64,000 bases of DNA from Verrucomicrobiota bacterium (GTDB lineage: Bacteria; Verrucomicrobiota; Verrucomicrobiia; Limisphaerales; J093). The notes under the pieces are model-generated. The model did not search any database. It was not told the DNA's origin and saw only the letters and a list, made by a program, of their open reading frames with translations. The stretch spans positions 128 to 64,127 of the forward strand of contig JBEKGJ010000029.1 in NCBI GenBank assembly GCA_050012855.1. The letters run 5' to 3'. The translations under genes were made by a program, and so were the position numbers. Numbering within the stretch: position 1 is the first letter of the stretch; the number at the start of each line of letters is the position of its first letter. Of this stretch, positions 27,291 to 38,576 are shown piece after piece.

Positions 27291-28304
27291 GTGAATGAGC
27301 TTTTGATCGCCCTGCTCGGCGCCCTGCTGTCCACCAACCAGGTGGCGTCGGTGAGCAACGTGGTCGCGCGCAGCACGGGCCTGGTCCTGCCGGTCACCGA
27401 CCCCAACGACCCGGTGGAGCAGGAGTTCCAAAAGGTCCTCGCGCTGGACGACGGGGCCACGGCGGAGGTGGACCAGTGGATCAAGGAGAACAATGCGCAG
27501 GTGGATCGGGGCGAGCCGGCGTCGTTGACGTTGAGCGCGCGGATTGAGCAGCGCTTTGACCAGGTTCGCAAGACCTACGACGAGTTCATCCTCCACCATC
27601 CGGACCATGCCCGTGCCCGGCTGGCCTACGGCAGCATGCTCAACGATCACCAGCACGAGGAACAGGCAGTGGAGCAATGGGAAAAGGCCCGGGAACTGGA
27701 TCCGAAGAACCCTGCACCCTGGAACAATCTCGCCGAGTCTTACAGCCACCACGGACCGGTCACCAAGAGCTTCGAGTATTTGGCTAAGGCCATCGAATTG
27801 CGGCCGACCGAGCCGTTGTACCGGCGGAACCTCGCGCTGGTTGTTTTCCTGTTTCGCAAGGACGCGCAGGAGTTCTACCACCTGGCCGACGATCAGGCGG
27901 TGCTGCGGCGCGCGCTCGAACTCTACCGCGAGGCGCGTAAGCTGGACCCGTCCGACTTCGTCCTGGCGACCGATCTGGCCCAGGTTTTTTATTACGCCAA
28001 GCCGCCGGCGACCGACACGGCGGTGGCCGCGGCGGAGGCGGACCAGAAACTCTGCGACGAAGCGTTGTCCGCCTGGCGTGACGCGGAGCGCGCGGCGCCG
28101 GGCGATTCCGAGCGGCAAGGGGTGTACATCCACATGGCCCGGGTGTGCCTGAGCCACGGGCGCTTCGCCGAGGCCCGGCGTCAGCTCGAGGCGGTGAAGG
28201 ACCCCGGCCTCGAGGCGTTGAGAAACCGGGTGGCGCGGAACCTGGCTGAACAGGAGAAGAGCAAGGACCCAGCGGCGCCGGCCTCGCCCGCCGTGGCCAG
28301 GTGA
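27291..28304 (+). CDS. TPR-repeat protein
   Basis: The GTG start at 27291 is followed by a hydrophobic N-terminus. TPR-like repeats such as 'EQAVEQWEKARELDPKNPAPWNNLA' recur. Confidence 0.7.
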   Translation: MNELLIALLGALLSTNQVASVSNVVARSTGLVLPVTDPNDPVEQEFQKVLALDDGATAEVDQWIKENNAQVDRGEPASLTLSARIEQRFDQVRKTYDEFILHHPDHARARLAYGSMLNDHQHEEQAVEQWEKARELDPKNPAPWNNLAESYSHHGPVTKSFEYLAKAIELRPTEPLYRRNLALVVFLFRKDAQEFYHLADDQAVLRRALELYREARKLDPSDFVLATDLAQVFYYAKPPATDTAVAAAEADQKLCDEALSAWRDAERAAPGDSERQGVYIHMARVCLSHGRFAEARRQLEAVKDPGLEALRNRVARNLAEQEKSKDPAAPASPAVAR

Positions 28305-28389
28305 GCCCCGCCCAACTCTCCCTGGCATCCGCATGGGTGTTCGTGCAAATTGATATTCTTGATGATTTGAGTGAAACTTGGATCGCGTT

Positions 28390-29685
<1,296 letters not shown>

Positions 29686-29807
29686 GTTTGCCCACCCGCC
29701 GGGTTCCCGTGACCGAGCCGGTGCCGCTGGCGTTTGTTCGGATGAGAAGCGCGGGTTGCGCACTTTGCGCTTTGCCGCCGGGTTAATTGTGCTACCTTGA
29801 CCGTCCC

Positions 29808-30467
29808 ATGCATTTGAATTGGAATGTGGTGGTTGATGGTCTGGTCGCGTACCTCGGTCTGCTGATTCTCCTGACCTTTCACGAGGCCGCCCATGCCTGG
29901 ACGGCCTGGAAATGTGGAGATGACACGGCGTACCGCGAGGGACGCGTGTCGCTCAATCCGGTGGTGCACATGGACCTGCTGGGGACCGTGATTCTGCCGC
30001 TGGCGGTCGTCTTCCTGGGAGCGGCGGGCTCGGGTCTGGGTCGTTTCATCATTGGCTGGGGCAAGCCAGTTCCCGTGTACCTCGGCAACCTCCGCAAACC
30101 GCGGCTGCAGGACACGCTCATCGCCGTCGCCGGGCCGGCCATGAACCTGCTGCTGGCGGTCGTGCTGGTATTGCTTGCGCGGGGCTTCGCCTCCATCAAC
30201 ATCATGCGGATGGCGGATGTGTCCGCGCAGATGGGGTGGATCAGCCTCTTGCTCTGTTTCTTCAACCTCCTGCCGATTCCCCCGCTCGACGGTTCACATG
30301 TAATCAAAAACTTCATCGGCATGAGCGATGAAACCTATATCCGCATCTCGCAGTTCGGCTTCATCATCGTTATTCTGCTCATCCAGCTTCCGCTGGTGAA
30401 TGGGTTGATCAGTTTCTCGACCAGGTTCGCGTTCATCGTCATTTCGCGGCTGGTGGGACTGGCTTGA
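29808..30467 (+). CDS. Site-2 protease family (peptidase M50) membrane protein
   Basis: It has the HExxH motif 'FHEAAHAW', 'NLLPIPPLDGSH' and multiple TM segments. Confidence 0.85.
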   Translation: MHLNWNVVVDGLVAYLGLLILLTFHEAAHAWTAWKCGDDTAYREGRVSLNPVVHMDLLGTVILPLAVVFLGAAGSGLGRFIIGWGKPVPVYLGNLRKPRLQDTLIAVAGPAMNLLLAVVLVLLARGFASINIMRMADVSAQMGWISLLLCFFNLLPIPPLDGSHVIKNFIGMSDETYIRISQFGFIIVILLIQLPLVNGLISFSTRFAFIVISRLVGLA

Positions 30468-30514
30468 ACGCCGCGGTTGCGGTCAGCCCTTCCGGGGCGG
30501 GACAGATTCATCAC

Positions 30515-31513
30515 ATGCAACTCTGGGTCGGCATTTCCCTCGGCGATATCACCGGCATCGGGCCGGAAGTCACGCTCAAGGCCCTGGCGGCCGGGGCTGA
30601 CCATGACGATGGCACGCGGTACCTGTTGATCGGCGACGCCGCCTGCCTGGAGCGGCTCAACGCCGCGATTGGGCTGCCGCTTTTCCCCTTCACCAACTAC
30701 GCCGTCGAGGGGCGGTGGTTGGTCGCGGACACGCGCGCGAACCCGCTTCCGAGCGGGCTGGAACCGGGCGCGCCGGCGGCGGCGCGGGCGGCGGTCGAGT
30801 GGCTGCGCGAGGGGGCGGGGCGTTGTCTCCGCGGTGAACTCGCTGCCTTGGTCACGGCCCCGGTGAGCAAATCGGCCATCATCCGCAGCGGGCAGCCGTT
30901 CGTCGGGCAGACGGAATTTCTGGCGGACCTCGCCGGCGAGCTGCAGCCGGTGATGATGCTGCTGGGTGCGGACGACCGGGGGCGCTGGCTGCGGGTGGCG
31001 CTGGCGACGACCCACGTGCCGATCCGACGGCTGGCGGAGTGCTTGACCCGCGAACGGGTGCGCATCGCGATTGCGCGGGCGGCCCAGGCGTGCCGGGACC
31101 TGGGGTTGCCTCGTGCGCGGGTGGGTGTCTGCGGCCTAAACCCTCATGCTGGCGAAGGCGGCGAACTGGGGACGGAGGAAATCACCACGATCGGCCCCGC
31201 GGTGCAGGACGCCCGCGCCAGCGGGGCGGACGTGGCTGGCCCCCTGGCCGCCGATGCCTTGTTCCATCACGCCCTGCACGGCCAGTACGATGCCGTGGTG
31301 GCGATGTTCCACGATCAGGGGCTGGCACCGTTGAAGCTGGTTGCCTTCGAATCCGGCGTGAACTGGACGCTGGGCCTGCCGTTTATCCGCACCTCGCCGG
31401 ATCACGGCACGGCCTACGACCTTGCCGGCAAAAACCAGGCTGATCCCTCAAGCATGATCGCCGCCATCCGGCTGGCGAAGCAACTCGCCCTCCGTAAACG
31501 GACGGGCGGCTGA
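30515..31513 (+). CDS. pdxA: 4-hydroxythreonine-4-phosphate dehydrogenase
   Basis: 'ISLGDITGIGPEV', 'GLNPHAGEGG' and 'IRTSPDHGTAYD' are PdxA motifs. Confidence 0.9.
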   Translation: MQLWVGISLGDITGIGPEVTLKALAAGADHDDGTRYLLIGDAACLERLNAAIGLPLFPFTNYAVEGRWLVADTRANPLPSGLEPGAPAAARAAVEWLREGAGRCLRGELAALVTAPVSKSAIIRSGQPFVGQTEFLADLAGELQPVMMLLGADDRGRWLRVALATTHVPIRRLAECLTRERVRIAIARAAQACRDLGLPRARVGVCGLNPHAGEGGELGTEEITTIGPAVQDARASGADVAGPLAADALFHHALHGQYDAVVAMFHDQGLAPLKLVAFESGVNWTLGLPFIRTSPDHGTAYDLAGKNQADPSSMIAAIRLAKQLALRKRTGG

Positions 31514-31556
31514 GGTGGCGGGGTGGGGAAAGGACTGCCTGGCAGCTTCGGGCGGA

Positions 31557-31874
31557 TTACTTCGCGTCCTTGTCCAGTTCAATCTTGGTCGCGGTGAATT
31601 CCTTCTTGCCGTTGACCTCCTTCACCGTTCCGGTGGCCTTGACCTTGGCCGCCTCCATGCACACCTGCTTGTGGAAGCCCTTGCTGATGTCGTTGTTGAC
31701 CAGATAATACTTCTCTTTCTTCCCGGCCTTTTCGACCACCACGACGTTCTGGCAGGTCGTTTGTTCCTTGAGGATGCACTTGGCGCATTCGCCCGTGCCC
31801 TTGATGGTGATTTGATCCGCGGCTTGCGCACCCAACGCAGCGGCCAGCATGCCTAACACGATCAGTCGCTTCAT
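31557..31874 (-). CDS. Small secreted Cys-containing protein, function unknown
   Basis: It has the signal peptide 'MKRLIVLGMLAAALGAQA', coherent Lys-rich composition and four Cys residues. Confidence 0.65.
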   Translation of the reverse strand: MKRLIVLGMLAAALGAQAADQITIKGTGECAKCILKEQTTCQNVVVVEKAGKKEKYYLVNNDISKGFHKQVCMEAAKVKATGTVKEVNGKKEFTATKIELDKDAK

Positions 31875-32033
31875 AATGTTGTTCTTCGGTTCTGCTCTGT
31901 GGAACTTTGACGCCGCCGGGCGACGTGGTGTTCAATGGGTTTACCAAGAAATGTTCGAGTCGGTCAAAAAATGCGAAGTCATTCCGTCCGGCCCAGGCTT
32001 GCCGAACGCCCGCCCCTTTGCTGGACTCACACC

Positions 32034-32528
32034 ATGCAACCGGTGGTCCCAACCGCCCCGGAGGCCGCGTCCGGCCCGGCGGCGGTCAGTCAGGTGGTGC
32101 GGTTCCGTGTGCGCTATAGCGAGACGGACCAGATGGGCACGATTTACAACTCGCGGCCGCTGGAGTGGTTCGAGTGCGGCCGCACGGAGTTGCTGCGGCA
32201 CCTCGGCCTGGCTTACGCGGAGCTCGAGGCGCGCGGCGTCTTCCTGCCCGTGATCGAGGCCCATCTGGAATTGCCCGGTCGCGCGCGCTATGACGACCTG
32301 CTCGAAATGACCACCACGCTCTCGGGGTTGGGCCGGGCGCGGGTGCGCTCCGACAACACCATCGTGCAGGCCGGGAATGGCCGTCCGGTGGCGCGGGGTT
32401 ACACGGTGCATGCCTTCACCGACCGCGAGGGCCGCGTGATCCGTCCGCCGGCCTGGTTCATGGAGGGTTGGAAAAAGACAAAAAATGTAAAGACGGCCTC
32501 CGCCGCTCCGGTCACTTTCCGCATCTGA
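32034..32528 (+). CDS. Acyl-CoA thioesterase, YbgC/4HBT family
   Basis: 'FRVRYSETDQMGTIYNSRPLEWFECGRTELL' is the hotdog-fold signature. Confidence 0.85.
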   Translation: MQPVVPTAPEAASGPAAVSQVVRFRVRYSETDQMGTIYNSRPLEWFECGRTELLRHLGLAYAELEARGVFLPVIEAHLELPGRARYDDLLEMTTTLSGLGRARVRSDNTIVQAGNGRPVARGYTVHAFTDREGRVIRPPAWFMEGWKKTKNVKTASAAPVTFRI

Positions 32529-32736
32529 ATCCTTTCCGCTTCTCGGACGCAGGAAAACCGGCGTTGCGGGCGCGGCGCAAGGAATGTCCATTCGGGTTTG
32601 TTATTTATCGTCAAGGTAACATGAACTTATCGAGTGCGCTGGCCGGCGGGGCCGACCCGTGGCCGCGGCCGGCGCGCGCCGGTGGAATTCGTTTTCGTTT
32701 CGACCAACCCCCACACAACCAACTCCCCTACTCAAC

Positions 32737-34287
32737 ATGACTACCTGCTCGCTCCGGCCCGCCTGCTGCGGGATTCCGCTTCTCCTCGCCGCCTGCTCGG
32801 TCCAGGCGCAAACCACCACCCCCGCGGCGGCGGCGCCCCCGGACGCCCCGGCCTCCCCGGCCGTCCAGAGCGCCGTCGAGGACTGGTTGAACCAGGCCAG
32901 GCATCCGCTGCCCTGGCTGAACTGGGGCGGGGACCTCCGGATCCGCAACGAGTACTTCAACGACGCGCTGAGCCTGACCAAGGACGCCAGCCTGAGTCCG
33001 CTGTTCGCTCACCTTCACGAACAGGACTATTTCCGTTTCCGCGGCCGGCTTTGGGCCAGCGTCGCGCCGACCGAGGATCTGAGTTTGAACGTCCGTCTGG
33101 CGGCCGAACCACGCGAGTTCATGAAACCCTCGACCATGGACACCTTCTACAGTCAGTCGGGCATGCAATGGCGGTACGGGATCATTGACAACCTCAACGT
33201 CCAATGGAAGAAGCCGTTCGACCTGCCGGTGACCTTGAAAGTTGGCCGGCAGGACATTTTCCTGGGCGACGGGTGGCTGGTAGGAGACGGCACGCCCGAG
33301 GATGGGTCTTTCACCACTTTCCTCGATTCCGCCCGGGTGACGTGGGACTTCAAGGACCAGCACACGACCGTGGATGCCATTGGCATCATCCAGTCTGGCC
33401 GGCCGGACGCCTGGCTGCCCACCCTCGGTCCCTCGACCTCCCAGGGTGGCGATCCGGAGCCGTACCTTCTGACCGACCAAAACGAGAAGGGGGCCATTCT
33501 GTGGGTTGCCAACAAGAGCATCCCGGCCGCCAACCTGGACGGCTATTTCATCTACAAGCAGGATTCACGTCTCAACAATGACCCGGAAGCAACTTTCGGC
33601 GATGACGCCAATATCTACACGATCGGTGGCCGCGTCTCGGGCCTGCTGAAGGAGCACTGGAAGTATTCGGCCGAAGGCGCCTATCAGTTCGGCCAGAAGC
33701 GGGATCCGGAACTCACCCAAAGCGTCCCCTCCAGCGACCCGACCGGCTTCCGCGACATCAACGCTTTTGGGGTGCAAAGCAAGCTCACCTATCTTCTCAA
33801 AGATGACTGGAACAACCAGTTCAGCTTGTCCTATGAATTCCTGTCCGGGGACAATCCCAAGACGGGGAACGATGAGATGTTCGACGTGCTGTGGGGGCGA
33901 TGGCCGGCCTGGAGCGAGATGTACAACATCTACAGCTACGTGCAGGAAACGCGCGTTGGGCAGACTGCCAATCTTCACCGCCTTGGCCCGACCTGGAGCC
34001 TGGACCCGATCAAGGACATGAATTTCAGCGTCAGCTATTATGCGTTGTTTGCCGATCAAGACACGCCCACGCGGCCGTTAAACCAGGCCCTCGGCATGCC
34101 GACGACAGTAACCCCGTTCTCCAACGACGGCAACTTCCGCGGCCATTATATCCAAGCCGTCCTGAAATACAAATTCAGCAAGCACGTCAGCGGCCATCTG
34201 TGGAGTGAATTCCTATTTCCCGGCGATTATTACGTCAGCCGCGACATGATGTCGTTCCTACGCGCCGAAATGATGTTCACCTTTTGA
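32737..34287 (+). CDS. Outer-membrane beta-barrel, alginate-export (AlgE-like) family
   Basis: It has a signal peptide, 'WGGDLRIRNEYFND', alternating beta-strand pattern and a terminal aromatic '...MMFTF'. Confidence 0.7.
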   Translation: MTTCSLRPACCGIPLLLAACSVQAQTTTPAAAAPPDAPASPAVQSAVEDWLNQARHPLPWLNWGGDLRIRNEYFNDALSLTKDASLSPLFAHLHEQDYFRFRGRLWASVAPTEDLSLNVRLAAEPREFMKPSTMDTFYSQSGMQWRYGIIDNLNVQWKKPFDLPVTLKVGRQDIFLGDGWLVGDGTPEDGSFTTFLDSARVTWDFKDQHTTVDAIGIIQSGRPDAWLPTLGPSTSQGGDPEPYLLTDQNEKGAILWVANKSIPAANLDGYFIYKQDSRLNNDPEATFGDDANIYTIGGRVSGLLKEHWKYSAEGAYQFGQKRDPELTQSVPSSDPTGFRDINAFGVQSKLTYLLKDDWNNQFSLSYEFLSGDNPKTGNDEMFDVLWGRWPAWSEMYNIYSYVQETRVGQTANLHRLGPTWSLDPIKDMNFSVSYYALFADQDTPTRPLNQALGMPTTVTPFSNDGNFRGHYIQAVLKYKFSKHVSGHLWSEFLFPGDYYVSRDMMSFLRAEMMFTF

Positions 34288-34488
34288 CGGCCGTTGATGG
34301 ATACAACCGTTGCCGCGGGTTGGTTGGGAGCACCGGGCGGCGCCCTTCCTTGGGCGATGACCAAGCCCACCAGCAGGTGATGACCTTCCTGTGGGCGGAA
34401 GTCGTGGGTACATTCTGAGCGACCGTTGCGACGGGTCCGGGGCTGGACCGGCGCGGCTGGCGGAGGCTCCATTGGGCAAGGACGCATC

Positions 34489-35781
34489 ATGTTTTGGGAT
34501 CGGGAACTGGAAACCCTGGACCGCTCGGCGCTGACCCGGCTGCAACTCGAACGGCTCCAGGCCACCGTCGTCCGCGTCGCCGACCGCGTGCCGTTTTACC
34601 GCCGCCGGTTCGAGGAGTGCGGGGTGGCGCCGGAGCAGATTCGTTCGCTGGACGACGTGCGGCGGCTGCCGTTCACGACCAATGCCGATCTCCGGGAGAA
34701 CTATCCTGACGGCCTGCTGGCCGTCGAGCGGAGCGACGTGCTCCGGTTGCATACGTCCAGCGGCACCACCGGCAAGCCCAAGGCGCTTTTCTTCTCGCGC
34801 CGCGACCTGGACCAGGCCGCCGGTCTGGTGGCGCGTTGCTTCGTCATGACCGGCGCCACGGAGGCCGACGTGCTGCAAAACATGATGACGTACGGCCTGT
34901 TCACCGGCGCGCTCATGCTGCACTACGGCGCGGAAAAGGTGGGGCTGCTGGTCATCCCCGCCGGTCCCGGCAACTCCGACCGGCAGCTCCTGTTGATGCA
35001 GGATTTCGGCACGACGATCATCCACCTCACCCCGACCTACGCCCTCTATTTCGCGGACCTGCTCGAACAGCGCGGGGTCCGGCCGGGACGCGACCTGGCG
35101 TTGCGCAAGGCCTACGTTGGCGCGGAGCCCTACACCGAGGAAACCCGGCGCAAGATCGAGCAGGGGCTGGGCGTGGACGTTTACAACTGTTACGGCCTTT
35201 CCGAGATGAACGGCCCCGGCGTCGCCTTCGAGTGCGAATACAAGCAGGGCCTGCATTTGTGGGAGGACAACTTCCTCCTGGAGATCGTCGATCAGGCCAC
35301 GGGCGAACCGGTTCCCGACGGCCAGCCCGGCGAACTCGTGTTGACGACGTTGAACCGCGAGGCCATGCCGCTCCTGCGCTACCGCACGCGGGACATCACC
35401 GCGCTCCTGCCGGCGCCCTGCCCCTGTGGCCGCACGCACCGCCGCATCCAGCGCATCACCGGCCGCGCCGACGACATGCTGATCCTGCGCGGGGTGAACA
35501 TCTACCCGCAGCAGATCGAGCGCGTGCTGATGGCGCTGCCGGAGGTGGGCCGCAACTATTTGATCATGCTCGACGGCCTCGACGAAATGACCCTGCAGGT
35601 CGAACTGGCCGAGGGTGGTTTTGACGGGCAGGTGGACCATCTGGTGAGCCTGCAACAGCAGGTGGTCGAACGCGTGCGCGCCGAAACCATGGTCAAGCCG
35701 AAGGTTGAACTCGTCCCGCCCGGCACGCTGCCGGTCAGCGAGGGCAAGGCCAAACGCGTGATTGACCGCCGCCGGCTCTGA
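34489..35781 (+). CDS. Phenylacetate--CoA ligase family protein (PaaK-like)
   Basis: 'MFWDRELETLDRSAL..LQLERLQ' and the AMP-binding motif 'LHTSSGTTGKPK' are present. Confidence 0.9.
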   Translation: MFWDRELETLDRSALTRLQLERLQATVVRVADRVPFYRRRFEECGVAPEQIRSLDDVRRLPFTTNADLRENYPDGLLAVERSDVLRLHTSSGTTGKPKALFFSRRDLDQAAGLVARCFVMTGATEADVLQNMMTYGLFTGALMLHYGAEKVGLLVIPAGPGNSDRQLLLMQDFGTTIIHLTPTYALYFADLLEQRGVRPGRDLALRKAYVGAEPYTEETRRKIEQGLGVDVYNCYGLSEMNGPGVAFECEYKQGLHLWEDNFLLEIVDQATGEPVPDGQPGELVLTTLNREAMPLLRYRTRDITALLPAPCPCGRTHRRIQRITGRADDMLILRGVNIYPQQIERVLMALPEVGRNYLIMLDGLDEMTLQVELAEGGFDGQVDHLVSLQQQVVERVRAETMVKPKVELVPPGTLPVSEGKAKRVIDRRRL

Positions 35782-35798
35782 GCACTGAAAGGAACGTC

Positions 35799-36227
35799 AT
35801 GAACCGGGTGAAACTTGTCGCGGTGTTTGCCGAAAACAAGCCGGGCCAGACCGCCCGCCTCACCGGCGTGCTGGCCGCGGCCGGAGTCAATGTCCGCTGG
35901 GTTACCATCGCCAGCACCGGTCCGTTCGGCGTCATGAAGTTTCTCGTGGACCAACCGGAGACGGCGTTCGCGGCGCTGAAACAGCACGGCGTGGCCGTGT
36001 CGTTCCTCGACGTGCTCGCCGTCGAAGTCCCCGATCGTCCGGGCGCCCTCCACGCGGTTGCGGACTGCCTGGCGCAGGACAAGATCAACCTCGACAATGC
36101 GTCCGGTTTCGTGGCCAACCAGCGCGCCATTCTGGTCGTCGAGGCGCATGAACTCGCCCGCGCCGAGGCGGTGCTGCAACAGGCCGGTTTGCGCGTGCTG
36201 ACCCAGGCGGAGATGCTTGGGCTGTGA
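35799..36227 (+). CDS. ACT-domain protein
   Basis: It has tandem ACT-like 'VFAENKPGQTARLTGVLAAAGVNV' and 'VEVPDRPGALHAVADCLA'. This is the usual partner of PaaK-like ligases. Confidence 0.8.
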   Translation: MNRVKLVAVFAENKPGQTARLTGVLAAAGVNVRWVTIASTGPFGVMKFLVDQPETAFAALKQHGVAVSFLDVLAVEVPDRPGALHAVADCLAQDKINLDNASGFVANQRAILVVEAHELARAEAVLQQAGLRVLTQAEMLGL

Positions 36228-36469
36228 GCGAACCCATCCCCGCACTGCCCCCGGGGCGCGGGTCGGCGACCCGCAGCCCAACCGAAGGCAACCCGGCGTT
36301 GGGATCTTCCAATCGCTTCCATGCTGGCGAAGTTGCTGCGACTCGCAGCAGTCGCGCGCCGATCGTGCCCCGGGGGTGCCTCCGAACTGCGCTAGATGCG
36401 GCCCGCCGGTTGATTGTGCCGTTGACTTGGCTGGACGCCGCCCCTAGGCTGCCACCGTCGTAAGCGGTT

Positions 36470-36497
36470 GCCCCGGGTCCGTGCCGCGGGGCTTTTT
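36470..36497 (+). terminator. Rho-independent-terminator-like hairpin + U5, 27 nt upstream of purA
   Basis: The stem 'gccccggg tccgtg cc(g)cggggc' is followed by 'ttttt' (36493-36497). Confidence 0.4.
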
Positions 36498-36523
36498 GCT
36501 GCGCGCACGACGAGCACGAATCT

Positions 36524-37792
36524 ATGGCCACCACAATTCTGGTCGGCGCCCAATGGGGCGACGAAGGCAAAGGCAAGATCATTGACGTCCTCACCGAGCA
36601 GGCGGACGTCGTGGTTCGTACCCAGGGCGGCAACAACGCCGGTCACACCGTCTTCGTTGGGCCGCAGAAATACGTCCTCCACCTCGTGCCCTCGGGCATC
36701 CTGCGGCCGGGCAAAATCTGCGTCATCGGCAACGGCGTCGTCGTGGACCCGGTTGGCCTGGTCGCCGAAATCGAGGGGCTCCTGAAGCTGGGAGTGAAGG
36801 TGGACGGCAACCTCCTGCTCAGCGAAACCGCCCACCTGGTGCTGCCCTACCATCGCGAGCTCGATGCCCAACGCGAGGCGGTCAAGGGCAAAAACAAGAT
36901 CGGCACCACCAAACGCGGCATCGGCCCTGCTTACGGCGACAAGGCCGCCCGCACTGGCCTGCGGGTGATTGACTTGATCAACCCCGCCCGCTTCGAGGTG
37001 TTGTTGCGGCTGCGCATCCGGGAGAACAACGAAGTCCTGAAGGCGTTCGGCGCGAAGCCGCTTTCCTTCAAGCAGGTCCATGCCGACTACCGTGCCGCCG
37101 GCGACCGTCTCCGGCCCTTTGTCGCCAACACGGTCGTGTGGCTCCACCAGGCCGGCCGGCGCGGGGACGACATTCTTTTTGAGGGCGCGCAGGGCACGTT
37201 CCTCGACATTGACCACGGGACCTATCCGTTCGTGACCTCGTCGAACACCACCGCCGGCGGCGCCTGCACCGGCTCCGGGGTGCCGCCGAACCGGATGGAC
37301 CGCGTCGTCGGCGTGATGAAGGCCTACACCACGCGTGTGGGCGAAGGCCCGCTGCCCACCGAGAACGCCGAGATCGCCGACCTCTTGCACGGCCTCGGGC
37401 GTGAATTCGGCGCCACGACCGGCCGCGCCCGGCGTTGCGGCTGGTTCGACGCCGTGGCCACGCGGCACGCCACCATGGTCAATGGTATTGACGGGCTCGC
37501 GGTCACCAACCTCGACGGCCTCGATACGCTTGAAACGATCCGCGTGTGCATCGCTTACCGGATCGGCGCGCAAACTTTCGACTACGTCCCCAGCGACGCA
37601 GCGACACTGGCGCAGTGCGCGCCCGTTTACGTGGAGTTTCCCGGCTGGCACACCCCGACCACGGCCGCGAAGCAGTGGAAGGATCTTCCCGTCAAGGCCC
37701 GGCAGTATCTCAAGGCCATCTGCGAGCTGTCCGGCGCGCGGCTGCAAATCGCGTCCGTCGGCCCCGGACGCGAGCAAACGATCCGGCTGTGA
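36524..37792 (+). CDS. purA: Adenylosuccinate synthase
   Basis: 'ILVGAQWGDEGKGKIID', 'GGNNAGHTV' and 'TTKRGIGPAY' are PurA motifs. Confidence 0.95.
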   Translation: MATTILVGAQWGDEGKGKIIDVLTEQADVVVRTQGGNNAGHTVFVGPQKYVLHLVPSGILRPGKICVIGNGVVVDPVGLVAEIEGLLKLGVKVDGNLLLSETAHLVLPYHRELDAQREAVKGKNKIGTTKRGIGPAYGDKAARTGLRVIDLINPARFEVLLRLRIRENNEVLKAFGAKPLSFKQVHADYRAAGDRLRPFVANTVVWLHQAGRRGDDILFEGAQGTFLDIDHGTYPFVTSSNTTAGGACTGSGVPPNRMDRVVGVMKAYTTRVGEGPLPTENAEIADLLHGLGREFGATTGRARRCGWFDAVATRHATMVNGIDGLAVTNLDGLDTLETIRVCIAYRIGAQTFDYVPSDAATLAQCAPVYVEFPGWHTPTTAAKQWKDLPVKARQYLKAICELSGARLQIASVGPGREQTIRL

Positions 37793-37817
37793 GCCCGCCG
37801 TTCGCGCGCCTGTTGCC

Positions 37818-38555
37818 GTGACCGCCCCGACGATCCATCTCAGCCCGCAGGCGCAGGCGTCGGTGCCAACGCACGTCGCGGTCATCATGGATGGCAACGG
37901 CCGCTGGGCCAAGCAGCGCCATTTGCCGCGTGTCGAAGGCCACCGCAACGGCGTCGAGTCCGTCCGCACGATTGTTCGCGCGGCGGGCGAGCTGGGCATC
38001 AAGTTTCTCACCCTTTACGCCTTTTCCGTGGAAAACTGGAACCGCCCCCAGGACGAGGTGGACACGCTGATGACCTATCTCACGCGGTTCCTCAAGTCCG
38101 AGATCGGCGAGCTGAACCGCAGCAACGTGCGGCTGGACGCGATCGGCCAGATCTACCGGCTGCCGGAGTTCGTTCAGGAACAGTTGGCGAAAACCAAGGC
38201 TGCCCTCGCGAAAAACAACGGCCTCACGCTCATCCTCGCGTTGAGCTACGGCGGTCGCACCGAAATCGTCGAGGCCGCCCGCAGCCTGGCCACGAAGGTC
38301 AAGGAGGGACGGATGGAACCGGCGGAAATCACCGAGCACGCCTTTGCCCAGCACCTCTACACGCACGCGATTCCCGATCCCGACCTGCTCATCCGCACGA
38401 GCGGTGAACTCCGGGTGAGCAATTTTCTCCTCTGGCAGATTTCCTACGCCGAGTTCGTCGTCACCCCGACGCTCTGGCCCGACTTCCGCAAGCCGCAATT
38501 CTACGCGGCGCTGGAGGAATACACCCGGCGGCACCGCCGTTTCGGCGGGGTTTGA
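37818..38555 (+). CDS. uppS: Isoprenyl transferase (undecaprenyl-diphosphate synthase)
   Basis: 'HVAVIMDGNGRWA', 'LTLYAFSVENWNRP' and 'RTSGELRVSNFLLWQ' are UppS motifs. The start is the GTG at 37818. Confidence 0.9.
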   Translation: MTAPTIHLSPQAQASVPTHVAVIMDGNGRWAKQRHLPRVEGHRNGVESVRTIVRAAGELGIKFLTLYAFSVENWNRPQDEVDTLMTYLTRFLKSEIGELNRSNVRLDAIGQIYRLPEFVQEQLAKTKAALAKNNGLTLILALSYGGRTEIVEAARSLATKVKEGRMEPAEITEHAFAQHLYTHAIPDPDLLIRTSGELRVSNFLLWQISYAEFVVTPTLWPDFRKPQFYAALEEYTRRHRRFGGV

Positions 38556-38576
38556 TCGCCCGCCGCACCCCCCAAT

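Noticed and set aside
28305-28389. A possible SAM riboswitch upstream of metY.
   Set aside because: The leader is only about 85 nt and lacks the SAM-I/SAM-II conserved stems that I can recognise.
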